A stretch of 64,000 bases of DNA from a virus, in IMG/VR virus record IMGVR_UViG_3300032116_000065, positions 1-64,000 of that record, one strand, 5' to 3'. Positions 7,236-15,730 of the stretch are shown here, one piece after another. The notes beneath the pieces are model-generated. The model did no database searches. It worked only from the letters and a program-made list of their open reading frames with translations, and was not told the origin of the DNA. How positions within the stretch are numbered: position 1 is the first letter of the stretch; each line of letters starts with the position of its first letter. A program made the position numbers and the translations under genes.

Positions 7236-8115
7236 CGAAAGGGATGGTTAAGTGCCTGAGAGAAAAGGTTCTGATTCTGTTCTGAGAATTGTTTCTATCC
7301 ACTATCAGCACAGAATATTCTGGAACTTCCATCCAAACGGATCTGTCCCATGTAAGTGGTTCCGAAGAAACAAGAACACCATCGTCTGTGGAGTTATACC
7401 ATTGACTTGCAAATGTTATATTCTTCTCAGATTTGAATGGTGCAAAATCAAACGCAAAGCGCACAGCAGCCAATAAATTTCCATCACACATCGTGAGATT
7501 GACTGATGATCTGCGCGTCACTTTATGCTGAATCATAACTTCGTGAATCGCGCGCAATGTTTTACTCAATGCTTGCAATAAGTCATCTGAGTTTATTGAT
7601 TCATGTGGTTGTTCAAGAGATGATAATATAATTGCATAGATCCATTCACTGTCAGTTGACCCCTGAATCGATTTTGCAAATTCAGGTTTGACATATTTGA
7701 TTAGATCAAATCGCAAATCTCGAAAACTCTCCAACTCACCAAGATGAGCCATCGCAAGACGAACGCTATCAAACTTAAATGGATGAATGTTTTGTTCGTT
7801 TATTTGCGCATTGGTGGCATTGTTCTGAAAGACTCCTCTCACATGAGCCAATAATGCACTGGCTTGAGTCTTAGATGCTATAGAACGTAAGTTGCGATCA
7901 AATGTCGCGATGTTTGTATTGCGATAAACAAACGGCTGTTCTGGATTTCTAGAATTGGAATCCCACGCCATCACACCCATTCCTGCAAGATTCATTGCAA
8001 GCATTGAGTTGAACATACGTGCATCGATGTTTTGCTTTATGAAAGAGATTTCCATCTCATAAAGCAATTCATCAACGGGAGTGGGTGATCCAACATACCC
8101 CAGCATTCGACACAT
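7225..8115 (-). CDS. class II (Ntn) glutamine amidotransferase, EgtC/YafJ-like
   Basis: N-terminal MCR, AHVR, NIHPF, GSTDSE, SSEPL. Confidence 0.85.
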   Translation of the reverse strand: MCRMLGYVGSPTPVDELLYEMEISFIKQNIDARMFNSMLAMNLAGMGVMAWDSNSRNPEQPFVYRNTNIATFDRNLRSIASKTQASALLAHVRGVFQNNATNAQINEQNIHPFKFDSVRLAMAHLGELESFRDLRFDLIKYVKPEFAKSIQGSTDSEWIYAIILSSLEQPHESINSDDLLQALSKTLRAIHEVMIQHKVTRRSSVNLTMCDGNLLAAVRFAFDFAPFKSEKNITFASQWYNSTDDGVLVSSEPLTWDRSVWMEVPEYSVLIVDRNNSQNRIRTFSLRHLTIPFVSY

Positions 8116-8121
8116 TTGAAT

Positions 8122-8316
8122 TTATCGACGGTCTTCGAAATCTGGGTCTACGAACCAATCTTCCTCTTCGAGGATATCGTCATCCTCATCGGATTCATAC
8201 GATGCATTCGGATTGAACTTCCAACGCGACTCATTTTTCAAACGTCGCTGCTTCAATCCTTCACTGTTCCGTCCATAATCTTTTTCACGGAACTCATTCT
8301 TCTTTTTGCTGGACAT
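8122..8316 (-). CDS. small protein, basic N-terminus and acidic C-terminus
   Basis: ORF in operon. Confidence 0.6.
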   Translation of the reverse strand: MSSKKKNEFREKDYGRNSEGLKQRRLKNESRWKFNPNASYESDEDDDILEEEDWFVDPDFEDRR

Positions 8317-8318
8317 GA

Positions 8319-8852
8319 TTACTTACTCAAACGCTCCTCTTTTAGTTTATTACAAAAGATCTTGTACAGACCCAACTCTCTTCCATATGCTTCAATTTCC
8401 CACGGACTGTCGAAATACTTTTCTTCGTCTGTATAATGTGAAGCATCAAAGACCAAACCTTTGTAGCGAACATCGCCGCTCTTGTAGTCGAATAATTCAT
8501 TATTGAGATATTGTTTGATGTGAGTCAATTCATGACCAAGATCAATGAGTAACTGTTTGAGACGTGTTTGTGGCTTCTTGCCGAGTTTGCTGATGCGCTT
8601 ATAGTTTAAAACAACAGTGAACTTCTTGTTGCCTTCTTCATCAAGACCGTCATAGGTGCACCATGCTTTGTACTTCTTCAAGTCCAACAAATCAGCGGCA
8701 TCTCGAATTTCATCCTCACCAAGAACCTTGATGGTGATTTTCGACTTTCGCTGAACGCATGGTCGCACTAGACGATTCAAGACGAATCTTGAATACTTCC
8801 GAATCATGGCTGAATCGGAACGACGGAGATAATTGCTCGTAATTGCAATCAT
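8319..8852 (-). CDS. putative HExxH zinc metallopeptidase-like protein
   Basis: LGHELTHIKQY...PWEIEAY. Confidence 0.75.
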   Translation of the reverse strand: MIAITSNYLRRSDSAMIRKYSRFVLNRLVRPCVQRKSKITIKVLGEDEIRDAADLLDLKKYKAWCTYDGLDEEGNKKFTVVLNYKRISKLGKKPQTRLKQLLIDLGHELTHIKQYLNNELFDYKSGDVRYKGLVFDASHYTDEEKYFDSPWEIEAYGRELGLYKIFCNKLKEERLSK

Positions 8853-9952
8853 TATTCTACTCGCAGAAGAATGGTGTCCTTATTGATTCGACCGTTCAAC
8901 TCACTGGGCTTCGAATTGATCTCACCCATAACCTTTCGCAGAACAACTTTGCCGCCATCCAAGACTCGCGAGAGCACATCCTTTGGCTTTCGGAGAGTCT
9001 TGGAGATTGACTCACTGTATTTATAATTTTCGATTGTGGATCCCTTGACCGCAAGACCAGCCTCGTCTTTCGCAACATAGACTCCAAGTCGACGATTCTT
9101 GACGTTATAGATCCAGAGTTTCTGTGCTCCCATGATCTTTACAGGATCGATCGAAACCAACTTATTATCGATATCATCCTTCTTGAACTTGAGACGAGCA
9201 ACCTTCTTCTCAAACGAGACTGGCTTCTTCTTGCGAGGCTTGCGAGAGGCATTCTTGTTAGACGCCAATTTCTCAGCATCAGTCGCAATCGCAGTGAAGA
9301 ATTTCGCAGCCTCAATCATTTCTTTGCGAGGGCGCGGATAGGATTCTTTCACATACTCATCTTTCGATTCGATGATCGCAATCCAGTCTGCTGCTCGAGA
9401 CTTGAAGTATTCTGCAATTTTCGAAGCATGCATCGGCTTCACTTCGTTCTCGACCATCCAGGTGTATGGTACAAATTCTTCTCCGTTTTGCTCATGCCAA
9501 ACGTCGTCGAACTTACCTTCGAGTTCCATGACGAAATAGTCGACTTTGGATTGAACTCGCTCTTGAATAGAGACAACGTTGCTTGTGTCAACGACTGCTG
9601 CTCCAAGATTCTTTTCTGCGACGATTTTGTCCAAGCGATCTCGGAAAACATTCATGCGCTCCTGAAAGTTATCAAAAACAGAATCTGGAATCCATGCGCC
9701 ACGACTGAGGCATCGCGCCAACCAGCCGTCGACGATGTTCCAAGAGAGATTAAGACTCGGTGCTGCTTGCTTTTGCAGTTCTGTAATCTGACTGTTCTTG
9801 GTCAGATATTCGACCAGATACTTGCGAGCATCCTTGGACTCTTTATTGTGATTGTACCACTGAAATGCGAACACCAAATCAAATTGGCTGCAGGGCTCAG
9901 TGCGCTTTTCCCAGGTGGGTTCGGGAACAACCTTCGGTATGAACTTTGCCAT
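8852..9952 (-). CDS. hypothetical protein of T4-like phages
   Basis: 366-aa ORF with its own promoter (TTTACT-N17-TAAGAT, 9960-9988). Confidence 0.8.
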   Translation of the reverse strand: MAKFIPKVVPEPTWEKRTEPCSQFDLVFAFQWYNHNKESKDARKYLVEYLTKNSQITELQKQAAPSLNLSWNIVDGWLARCLSRGAWIPDSVFDNFQERMNVFRDRLDKIVAEKNLGAAVVDTSNVVSIQERVQSKVDYFVMELEGKFDDVWHEQNGEEFVPYTWMVENEVKPMHASKIAEYFKSRAADWIAIIESKDEYVKESYPRPRKEMIEAAKFFTAIATDAEKLASNKNASRKPRKKKPVSFEKKVARLKFKKDDIDNKLVSIDPVKIMGAQKLWIYNVKNRRLGVYVAKDEAGLAVKGSTIENYKYSESISKTLRKPKDVLSRVLDGGKVVLRKVMGEINSKPSELNGRINKDTILLRVE

Positions 9953-9978
9953 ATTCTTTATCTTACTCTACAATTTCT

Positions 9979-10008
9979 AAAAAGTAAAGTCGCCCCTTTC
10001 GGGGCGAC
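9979..10008 (-). terminator. intrinsic terminator
   Basis: GTCGCCCC-GAAA-GGGGCGAC followed by TTTACTTTTT. Confidence 0.85.
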
Positions 10009-10020
10009 CCTTGTTATTGG

Positions 10021-10251
10021 TTAGGCTATCGTGTCTACGCTTTCGTTTCCGTTACCGTAGTCCGTGATTTCGTCTATGAATCCGCGTCCGTCGTACTTGC
10101 CGTTGTTATAAGTGACTACCGTGTTTAGCGTGAAAAACGCTTTTCGTCGGCTTTTGGTTCTTAATACTAGTTTGCTGCCGTCTACTAATCCCTTTCCCGT
10201 GAATGGGTTTGTAACTTTTGCGCTTTTGTAAACTTCGTAATATACCTTCAT
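10021..10251 (-). CDS. 76-aa hypothetical early protein (start MKVYYE)
   Basis: Own promoter, AAGGA SD and terminator; the longer ORF overlaps the promoter. Confidence 0.7.
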   Translation of the reverse strand: MKVYYEVYKSAKVTNPFTGKGLVDGSKLVLRTKSRRKAFFTLNTVVTYNNGKYDGRGFIDEITDYGNGNESVDTIA

Positions 10252-10297
10252 TTTTTTCCTTCGCCGTGTTTGCGGCTTTCTTTCACCAACACAGAAT

Positions 10298-10418
10298 ATT
10301 ATCCTATAAAACGGCTGAAAAGGCAACAGAAAAAACCTGAATAAAATCAATAACTTATAACCTATTGATTTATAAGGCTTTTTTTTCTGTTGACTCGAAT
10401 ACGAAATCCCTATACAAT
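10298..10418. promoter_or_regulatory. divergent sigma70 promoters with two abutting inverted IHF sites
   Basis: Minus: TTGCCT-N17-GATAAT; plus: TTGACT-N17-TACAAT; IHF cores at 10345-10357 and 10358-10370. Confidence 0.8.
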
Positions 10419-10585
10419 ATTAGATCAAATTGTTTCTCTGAGGGGTATATAACATTATAACGTTATAACGACAGAACATTACTACTGAACGGGACTCGTT
10501 TAGTAGTAAGGTGTTAGATTGTAAAAATAGGTTATGTTTAAGGAGTAAGGTCAGAATGTTTCTGACCGTATAGAGAGAGTGACGT

Positions 10586-10771
10586 ATGAAAACTGAAAAG
10601 TTTGGTTATAAAGTAACGATCAATCACCCTTTTCGCCTTCCTGGGCAACCTAAAAAGCGTGAGCCTGTGGTAGTGGTGAAATCTGAACGAGAGGCGAATC
10701 TGATAGCCTTTCGGCTGAACGGTCGGTCTCGCGTTGAGCCTATGTATAAAGTTGAAAAAGTCGTAGCCTAA
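10586..10771 (+). CDS. small basic hypothetical protein
   Basis: Downstream of the plus-strand promoter, purine-rich SD. Confidence 0.65.
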   Translation: MKTEKFGYKVTINHPFRLPGQPKKREPVVVVKSEREANLIAFRLNGRSRVEPMYKVEKVVA

Positions 10772-10784
10772 ACTGGAGAGTATT

Positions 10785-10925
10785 GTGAAAAAGACTAAAG
10801 TGAAAAAAGTTAAATTTGTCTACTCTTTTAAGAAGTTTCGCCGTGATGCTCGGAAACACGGTCCTATGAAAATCTATACGCCTGATGAAGTTCGCGCGTT
10901 TAATATTCTGCGTGGTTTGATCTAA
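10785..10925 (+). CDS. small basic protein (46 aa, GTG start, not in ORF track)
   Basis: GGAG SD; ends at the terminator. Confidence 0.6.
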   Translation: MKKTKVKKVKFVYSFKKFRRDARKHGPMKIYTPDEVRAFNILRGLI

Positions 10926-10960
10926 AAAAATGGGGGGCGAAAGCCCCCCATCTTCTTTCT
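10924..10960. terminator. bidirectional intrinsic terminator
   Basis: A7-TGGGGGGC-GAAA-GCCCCCCA-TCTTCTTTT between convergent genes. Confidence 0.9.
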
Positions 10961-10974
10961 AGGTTTTCTAAAAC

Positions 10975-12012
10975 TTAGAATGTGTAGACAAGGTCGACCA
11001 TGAGTCGCTTGTAGTCTACTTTGCTGGCACCAACTTCAACATCGAAGTAAGATCCACGAACAGCCCAGCCATCGGCTAGACCATAAGCAGCGCGAAGTGC
11101 TGTGCCGTCATGAAGAACTGCTTCACCACCAAAGTCACTATCTGTCCATAAGGCTGATAGTGCGTTGGCTTCTGCGTCTTGCTTCATTAGGCTGACTTCC
11201 CAATCACCTGCTTTCTTAACGCCGCCAAGACGGACGCCATAAGCAAGTGCTGTGTCTGCTTTCTTTGCTTCATCATTCTTCAATTGCTGAACAAATAGTT
11301 TTACAGGAATACCAGCAACTTCTTTTGCTGCTGATGCTGTAAGAACTAATTGCTTATGCTTTTCAGTTGAACTACAAACTGGAAGTGATGGAACTGATGC
11401 TCCACCAGCAACAGAAAGAGGATATACGATATAGCATAAAGATGCTTTAGTATTCACTTCCTGATCCAATAGTGCTGCGTGTGCAGCAACATCAAGACCA
11501 GCAACTTTCTTTGCTACGCCAACTTGTAAACCAACAAGTGTGCTATCCTTATCTGCAGCATTTTCAACCAACTTGAGTTTGAATGCTGTAGCAGATAGAC
11601 CACCATCATTTTTCAGCGCAACTGCAAGACCTTCAGGCTTGATGTCACCATCAAACATAAGACCTTCAGTAACCCATGGCTGATTCATTTTGCCAAGTGT
11701 TACTTTTACATTATCTGCAGCCGCATATTCAACATACGCCAAATTAAGATCAACGGTCTTTAACGAACCGCCAGCCATGTCATTCCATGATGACTTTGCT
11801 GAACCAGTGCGAACGCCAACAACAACTTTTGTTTTGTCATTGACATCTGCCTTGGCAACAAGACCAACGCGAAAACGATCACGATCTGAATTGGTGTTGC
11901 CAATTTCTAAACTATCACTACGATAGCCAAAATCGCCACTCCACTTTACATCGGCTGCTTGCGCAACTGACATTGATCCCAAAATAACAGATGCTAGAAT
12001 TGCTTTGTACAT
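10975..12012 (-). CDS. outer-membrane porin (putative porin family), probably for phosphate uptake
   Basis: Signal peptide, amphipathic beta strands, RDRFR and FDGDIKPEG motifs, C-terminal YTF; directly after pstS. Confidence 0.8.
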   Translation of the reverse strand: MYKAILASVILGSMSVAQAADVKWSGDFGYRSDSLEIGNTNSDRDRFRVGLVAKADVNDKTKVVVGVRTGSAKSSWNDMAGGSLKTVDLNLAYVEYAAADNVKVTLGKMNQPWVTEGLMFDGDIKPEGLAVALKNDGGLSATAFKLKLVENAADKDSTLVGLQVGVAKKVAGLDVAAHAALLDQEVNTKASLCYIVYPLSVAGGASVPSLPVCSSTEKHKQLVLTASAAKEVAGIPVKLFVQQLKNDEAKKADTALAYGVRLGGVKKAGDWEVSLMKQDAEANALSALWTDSDFGGEAVLHDGTALRAAYGLADGWAVRGSYFDVEVGASKVDYKRLMVDLVYTF

Positions 12013-12040
12013 ATTATAACTCCTTGTCTACACCGCGAAA

Positions 12041-13039
12041 TTACGGCTTAAAGTTTTTCATGACTTTAACATCATTTCTTGTTTGAGCAAGATCTGATTT
12101 ATCAAGAGAAACTAAACCACGGTCTGAAAGATAACCTTCCTCGCCAATGGCTTTGTCACTCACGTACTCATTCACGAATTCTTTGATACCAGGAATTGCA
12201 CCAATGTGCTGCTTCTTGACATAAATGAATAGTGGACGAGCCGCAGTATATTTAGACGCCGAGATTGTTTCGAAAGACGGTACAATCCCGTCGATTTTCA
12301 AGCCTTTTAGTTTATCTGTGTTCTCTTCCAAGAAAGAATAACCAAAAATACCAAGAGCATTCTTATTTGTTGCAAGTTTTTGAGCAATCAAATTATCATT
12401 CTCACCTGCTTCAGCATAAGCACCATCTTCACGAATTGCGTGACATGCCTTTTTGTTTTCAAGAGCACATCCTTCTTCCATGAATAACTCTAGGAAACTA
12501 TCACGTGTTCCAGAAGTTGGTGGTGGACCAAGCACTTCAATCTTGATTGCTGGTAAAGAAGCATCAACATCTTTCCATGTTTTATTTGGATTCGCAATCA
12601 TTTGACCAGATGCGTTTGGAATTGTTTTAGCAAGAGCGACATAGACTTGCTTCTTTGTCAATGCAGATAATGCACCTGCTTTGCTTTCTGCGATAACAAT
12701 TCCATCAAAGCCAATCTTGACTTCTAGAATTTCTGTCACGCCATTCTTTGCGCATGTTTCAACTTCAGACTTCTTCATTGCGCGTGATGCATTTACAACA
12801 TCAGGATGCTGCGGACCAATACCTGCGCAGAACATTTTGATTCCACCACCAGTGCCAGTTGACTCGACCTTTGGTGTTTTGAACTTACCACCACGACCGA
12901 ACTGTTCAGCAACAGCAGTAGTGAATGGGTATACAGTTGAAGATCCTACGATTGCGATCTGATCTCTTGATTGCGCATTCGCAACATGAGATGCAACAAT
13001 AAGACCAAGAGCGAATAGAACAGCGAGTTTAGATTTCAT
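12041..13039 (-). CDS. pstS: periplasmic phosphate-binding protein PstS
   Basis: Signal peptide, GSSTVYP, STGTGGG, SGTRD, RPLFIY. Confidence 0.95.
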   Translation of the reverse strand: MKSKLAVLFALGLIVASHVANAQSRDQIAIVGSSTVYPFTTAVAEQFGRGGKFKTPKVESTGTGGGIKMFCAGIGPQHPDVVNASRAMKKSEVETCAKNGVTEILEVKIGFDGIVIAESKAGALSALTKKQVYVALAKTIPNASGQMIANPNKTWKDVDASLPAIKIEVLGPPPTSGTRDSFLELFMEEGCALENKKACHAIREDGAYAEAGENDNLIAQKLATNKNALGIFGYSFLEENTDKLKGLKIDGIVPSFETISASKYTAARPLFIYVKKQHIGAIPGIKEFVNEYVSDKAIGEEGYLSDRGLVSLDKSDLAQTRNDVKVMKNFKP

Positions 13040-13080
13040 AGACTGACTCCTTTGAATTGGAATCAGTATATAGAGACGGA

Positions 13081-13281
13081 TTATTTCGATTGTATTAAAA
13101 AATGGGGGTCATCGTGTAAATGTATGAAAAAAGTTTTCAATCCATCTACTTGCTGAATGAATCCGTATGGTCCTGGGCGCTTGGAAGAATACCATGAGTC
13201 CATCTTTCGAATGAGAACCCATTCGTTTCCATACAACTCTAAGAATCGATGACCATACAAGGATTTAGGTTGGAGTGTCAT
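13081..13281 (-). CDS. hypothetical protein
   Basis: Short ORF in gene run. Confidence 0.5.
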   Translation of the reverse strand: MTLQPKSLYGHRFLELYGNEWVLIRKMDSWYSSKRPGPYGFIQQVDGLKTFFIHLHDDPHFLIQSK

Positions 13282-13289
13282 ATAAGTCT

Positions 13290-13406
13290 CGGTTCATCTA
13301 TCGTGATACAGTGCGCACTGTGTCCTAGATTCCTCTTTTACAAAAGCAGCCATCGCTGTGCGACAAACCTTACACCGAAAGGTAGGGCGGCTGGTTCGTT
13401 ATTTAG
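13290..13406 (-). ncRNA. candidate structured RNA/leader after a late-type promoter (CTAAATA)
   Basis: Three-way junction closed by CAGCC/GGCTG, plus a long hairpin at 13296-13330. Confidence 0.45.
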
Positions 13407-13410
13407 TATT

Positions 13411-13668
13411 TTATCCCATTGAAATTGACTTGACGTTCTCAACTCTAAAAGAACGCCAGCCATTTGCATTCACATCCCAAACAGATACAGTATTGCTCGA
13501 AGTCTCTTTCACTACAACTTGACCGTTTGTAGTTGGTACATTTGGGATATGTTCACTGAGTAGTGTGCAAGTCATCACACGCTCATCACCGTTCACTTTC
13601 GTAAATGTCACTGTAACAACATTGCTACGAAGCATATCAATCAAACCATCACGAGTAAACATTGTCAT
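13411..13668 (-). CDS. SH3/WYL-like beta-barrel protein of T4-like phages
   Basis: VTFTKVNGDERVMTCTL...VWD....WRSFR. Confidence 0.8.
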   Translation of the reverse strand: MTMFTRDGLIDMLRSNVVTVTFTKVNGDERVMTCTLLSEHIPNVPTTNGQVVVKETSSNTVSVWDVNANGWRSFRVENVKSISMG

Positions 13669-13669
13669 A

Positions 13670-14041
13670 TTATACCTGCGCCAAAATTGGATTTAGGGAT
13701 TTTCTAGGTAATTCAAAGTTCTTGAATGTAACTCTGATCAACTCTTTGACTGTTTTCTTGGGAATACAGCCATCTTTGACCATCAATCCATTATACCCTG
13801 ATTTCGCATAGTTGTCAATAAATCGACGCACATCACCAATATGAGCCTTCATAAACTCTACAGTGTTCAGATCATCTGGTTTGAATGTGAGAACATGGTA
13901 TTTGTGTGACCCAATCTCCTCATTCATTGGAGTAAAAACATCATTGAATTTGTAGACTGTGGTTTCACAAGCAATCTGATCACCATCAATTGTCAATCCC
14001 CAAAGTGCGCCGTCAACCTCATCTATTTCTTGTTCGGTCAT
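13670..14041 (-). CDS. hypothetical protein
   Basis: Coupled ORF. Confidence 0.7.
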   Translation of the reverse strand: MTEQEIDEVDGALWGLTIDGDQIACETTVYKFNDVFTPMNEEIGSHKYHVLTFKPDDLNTVEFMKAHIGDVRRFIDNYAKSGYNGLMVKDGCIPKKTVKELIRVTFKNFELPRKSLNPILAQV

Positions 14042-14979
14042 TATACGCTCCTGAAGTATTCGATCGTTTTATCCAATCCCTCCGACAACGCAATAGTTGG
14101 TTCCCACTTCAACTTTTCTTTTGCTAATGTAATATCTGGCTTGCGTTGCTTTGGGTCGTCTGCAGTTGGTTCCTTGTAAACCTTGTACCCTTTATTTAAC
14201 TTCTGTATAATTATAGTCGCAAGTTCATCAACAGTAAACTCCCCAGGATTACCAAGATTAATTGGTCCAATTTCCTTGGAGTTCGCAAATTTAATAATAC
14301 CTTCCACAAGATCATCGACGTACTGAAAACTTCTTGTTTGTTTCCCGTCACCATAAATTTCTAGAGGCGCATCAGCAAGAGCAGCGACAATAAAGTTAGA
14401 GACAACTCTTCCATCGTTCTTTGCCATTCTCGGTCCATAAGTATTGAATATGCGGAATACGCCAGTGTTGACATCGTATTTTCTCCTGTAATCAAAGAAC
14501 AAAGTCTCTGCTGCACGTTTACCTTCATCATAACATGCGCGTGGACCTGTTGGATTTACATTACCATTATAACTCTCGGGTTGAGGATGAACTTCTGGGT
14601 CACCATACACCTCAGAGGTGGACGCTTGTACAACACGCGCCTTTGTCTTACGAGCAATCTCAAGAATATGATATGATCCCAGCACACAAGTCATCATTGT
14701 TCCAATTGGATCACGCTGATAATGAACAGGTGAAGCAGGACATGCTAAATTATAAATCACATCTAATGATCGAGTTGAAAAGTAATCAAGAAATATTGAA
14801 CTGATAATATCATGTTCATAAAAACGAATATTCGGATGTCTGATAAAACTCTGAACATTCTTCATTGTGCCTGTATAGAAATTATCTACACAGTAAACTT
14901 TATGACCCTGACTTAATAATTTTTCTACCAAGTGACTACCAACAAAACCCGCACCACCAGTCACTAATACATTTTTCAT
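14041..14979 (-). CDS. UDP-glucuronate decarboxylase (UDP-xylose synthase), extended SDR
   Basis: TGGAGFVG, LACPASPVHYQ, STSEVYGDP, CYDEGKR, RIFNTYGP, DGRVVSNF. Confidence 0.92.
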   Translation of the reverse strand: MKNVLVTGGAGFVGSHLVEKLLSQGHKVYCVDNFYTGTMKNVQSFIRHPNIRFYEHDIISSIFLDYFSTRSLDVIYNLACPASPVHYQRDPIGTMMTCVLGSYHILEIARKTKARVVQASTSEVYGDPEVHPQPESYNGNVNPTGPRACYDEGKRAAETLFFDYRRKYDVNTGVFRIFNTYGPRMAKNDGRVVSNFIVAALADAPLEIYGDGKQTRSFQYVDDLVEGIIKFANSKEIGPINLGNPGEFTVDELATIIIQKLNKGYKVYKEPTADDPKQRKPDITLAKEKLKWEPTIALSEGLDKTIEYFRSV

Positions 14980-15545
14980 ACAGTTTCCTTTTTATTTGCT
15001 TTCTCTTGCATATAACGAGCAATATACCAAGCATCAACAACATCTGTTGTCGGAGATCCCAACTTTGTTGTTGGACTGATAATCTTGTGTAAGTCTACTC
15101 CAGTCTCAGCAACAAATGCATCGTACATCTTTTCTTTTGTTGCATTACCCTTGCCTGTTGCATATTTCTTGACTACAGTTGGCGGAACAGTAAAGAATTT
15201 GTATCCTTGCTTATAAAGCATATACTTTAGTATACCGCAATTCTCAGCTAAATTAAACACTTTACCTTTGGAACCAAAAGAATAGTCTTCAATTAGAACA
15301 ACGACATCTTCTCTTTTAAATTCAGCAAGAATAGTCATGACCCATGAAGCGATATTTTCATATCGCTCTTGGTCTGTTAGATATTCGTCGTGTTGTTCGC
15401 CGAGAATGTTATGAAACTTTCCCTGTACAGTCTTGCGATCGTTTAGATAGTAGAAGAATGAATTTGAGAATGTTTTGTCGCGTGCAATGCACACGCATGG
15501 AGAAGTTAGGCTATAATCAATTCCAACTACGATCATTTTCTTCAT
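14976..15545 (-). CDS. RuvC-like Holliday-junction resolvase
   Basis: GIDYS, IEDY, PTVVKK.ATGKGNA.KE, DVVDA. Confidence 0.8.
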   Translation of the reverse strand: MKKMIVVGIDYSLTSPCVCIARDKTFSNSFFYYLNDRKTVQGKFHNILGEQHDEYLTDQERYENIASWVMTILAEFKREDVVVLIEDYSFGSKGKVFNLAENCGILKYMLYKQGYKFFTVPPTVVKKYATGKGNATKEKMYDAFVAETGVDLHKIISPTTKLGSPTTDVVDAWYIARYMQEKANKKETV

Positions 15546-15729
15546 CGTCGTTCAAATCATCATCAAAACTCTCATCCTCATCATCATTGAAATCAAGTTC
15601 TTCATTCTCATTGTCATAGAAATCACCGCAGAATGGGCAGTGACTTGGAGTATAACTAACTTCATCTTCTTCAAATGATAAAACAAATGATGATCCACAA
15701 TTATCACATGTGAGTTTTAGATCTGGCAT
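15517..15729 (-). CDS. zinc-ribbon protein with acidic tail
   Basis: CDNC...CPFCG followed by a D/E-rich tail. Confidence 0.75.
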   Translation of the reverse strand: MPDLKLTCDNCGSSFVLSFEEDEVSYTPSHCPFCGDFYDNENEELDFNDDEDESFDDDLNDDEENDRSWN

Positions 15730-15730
15730 A

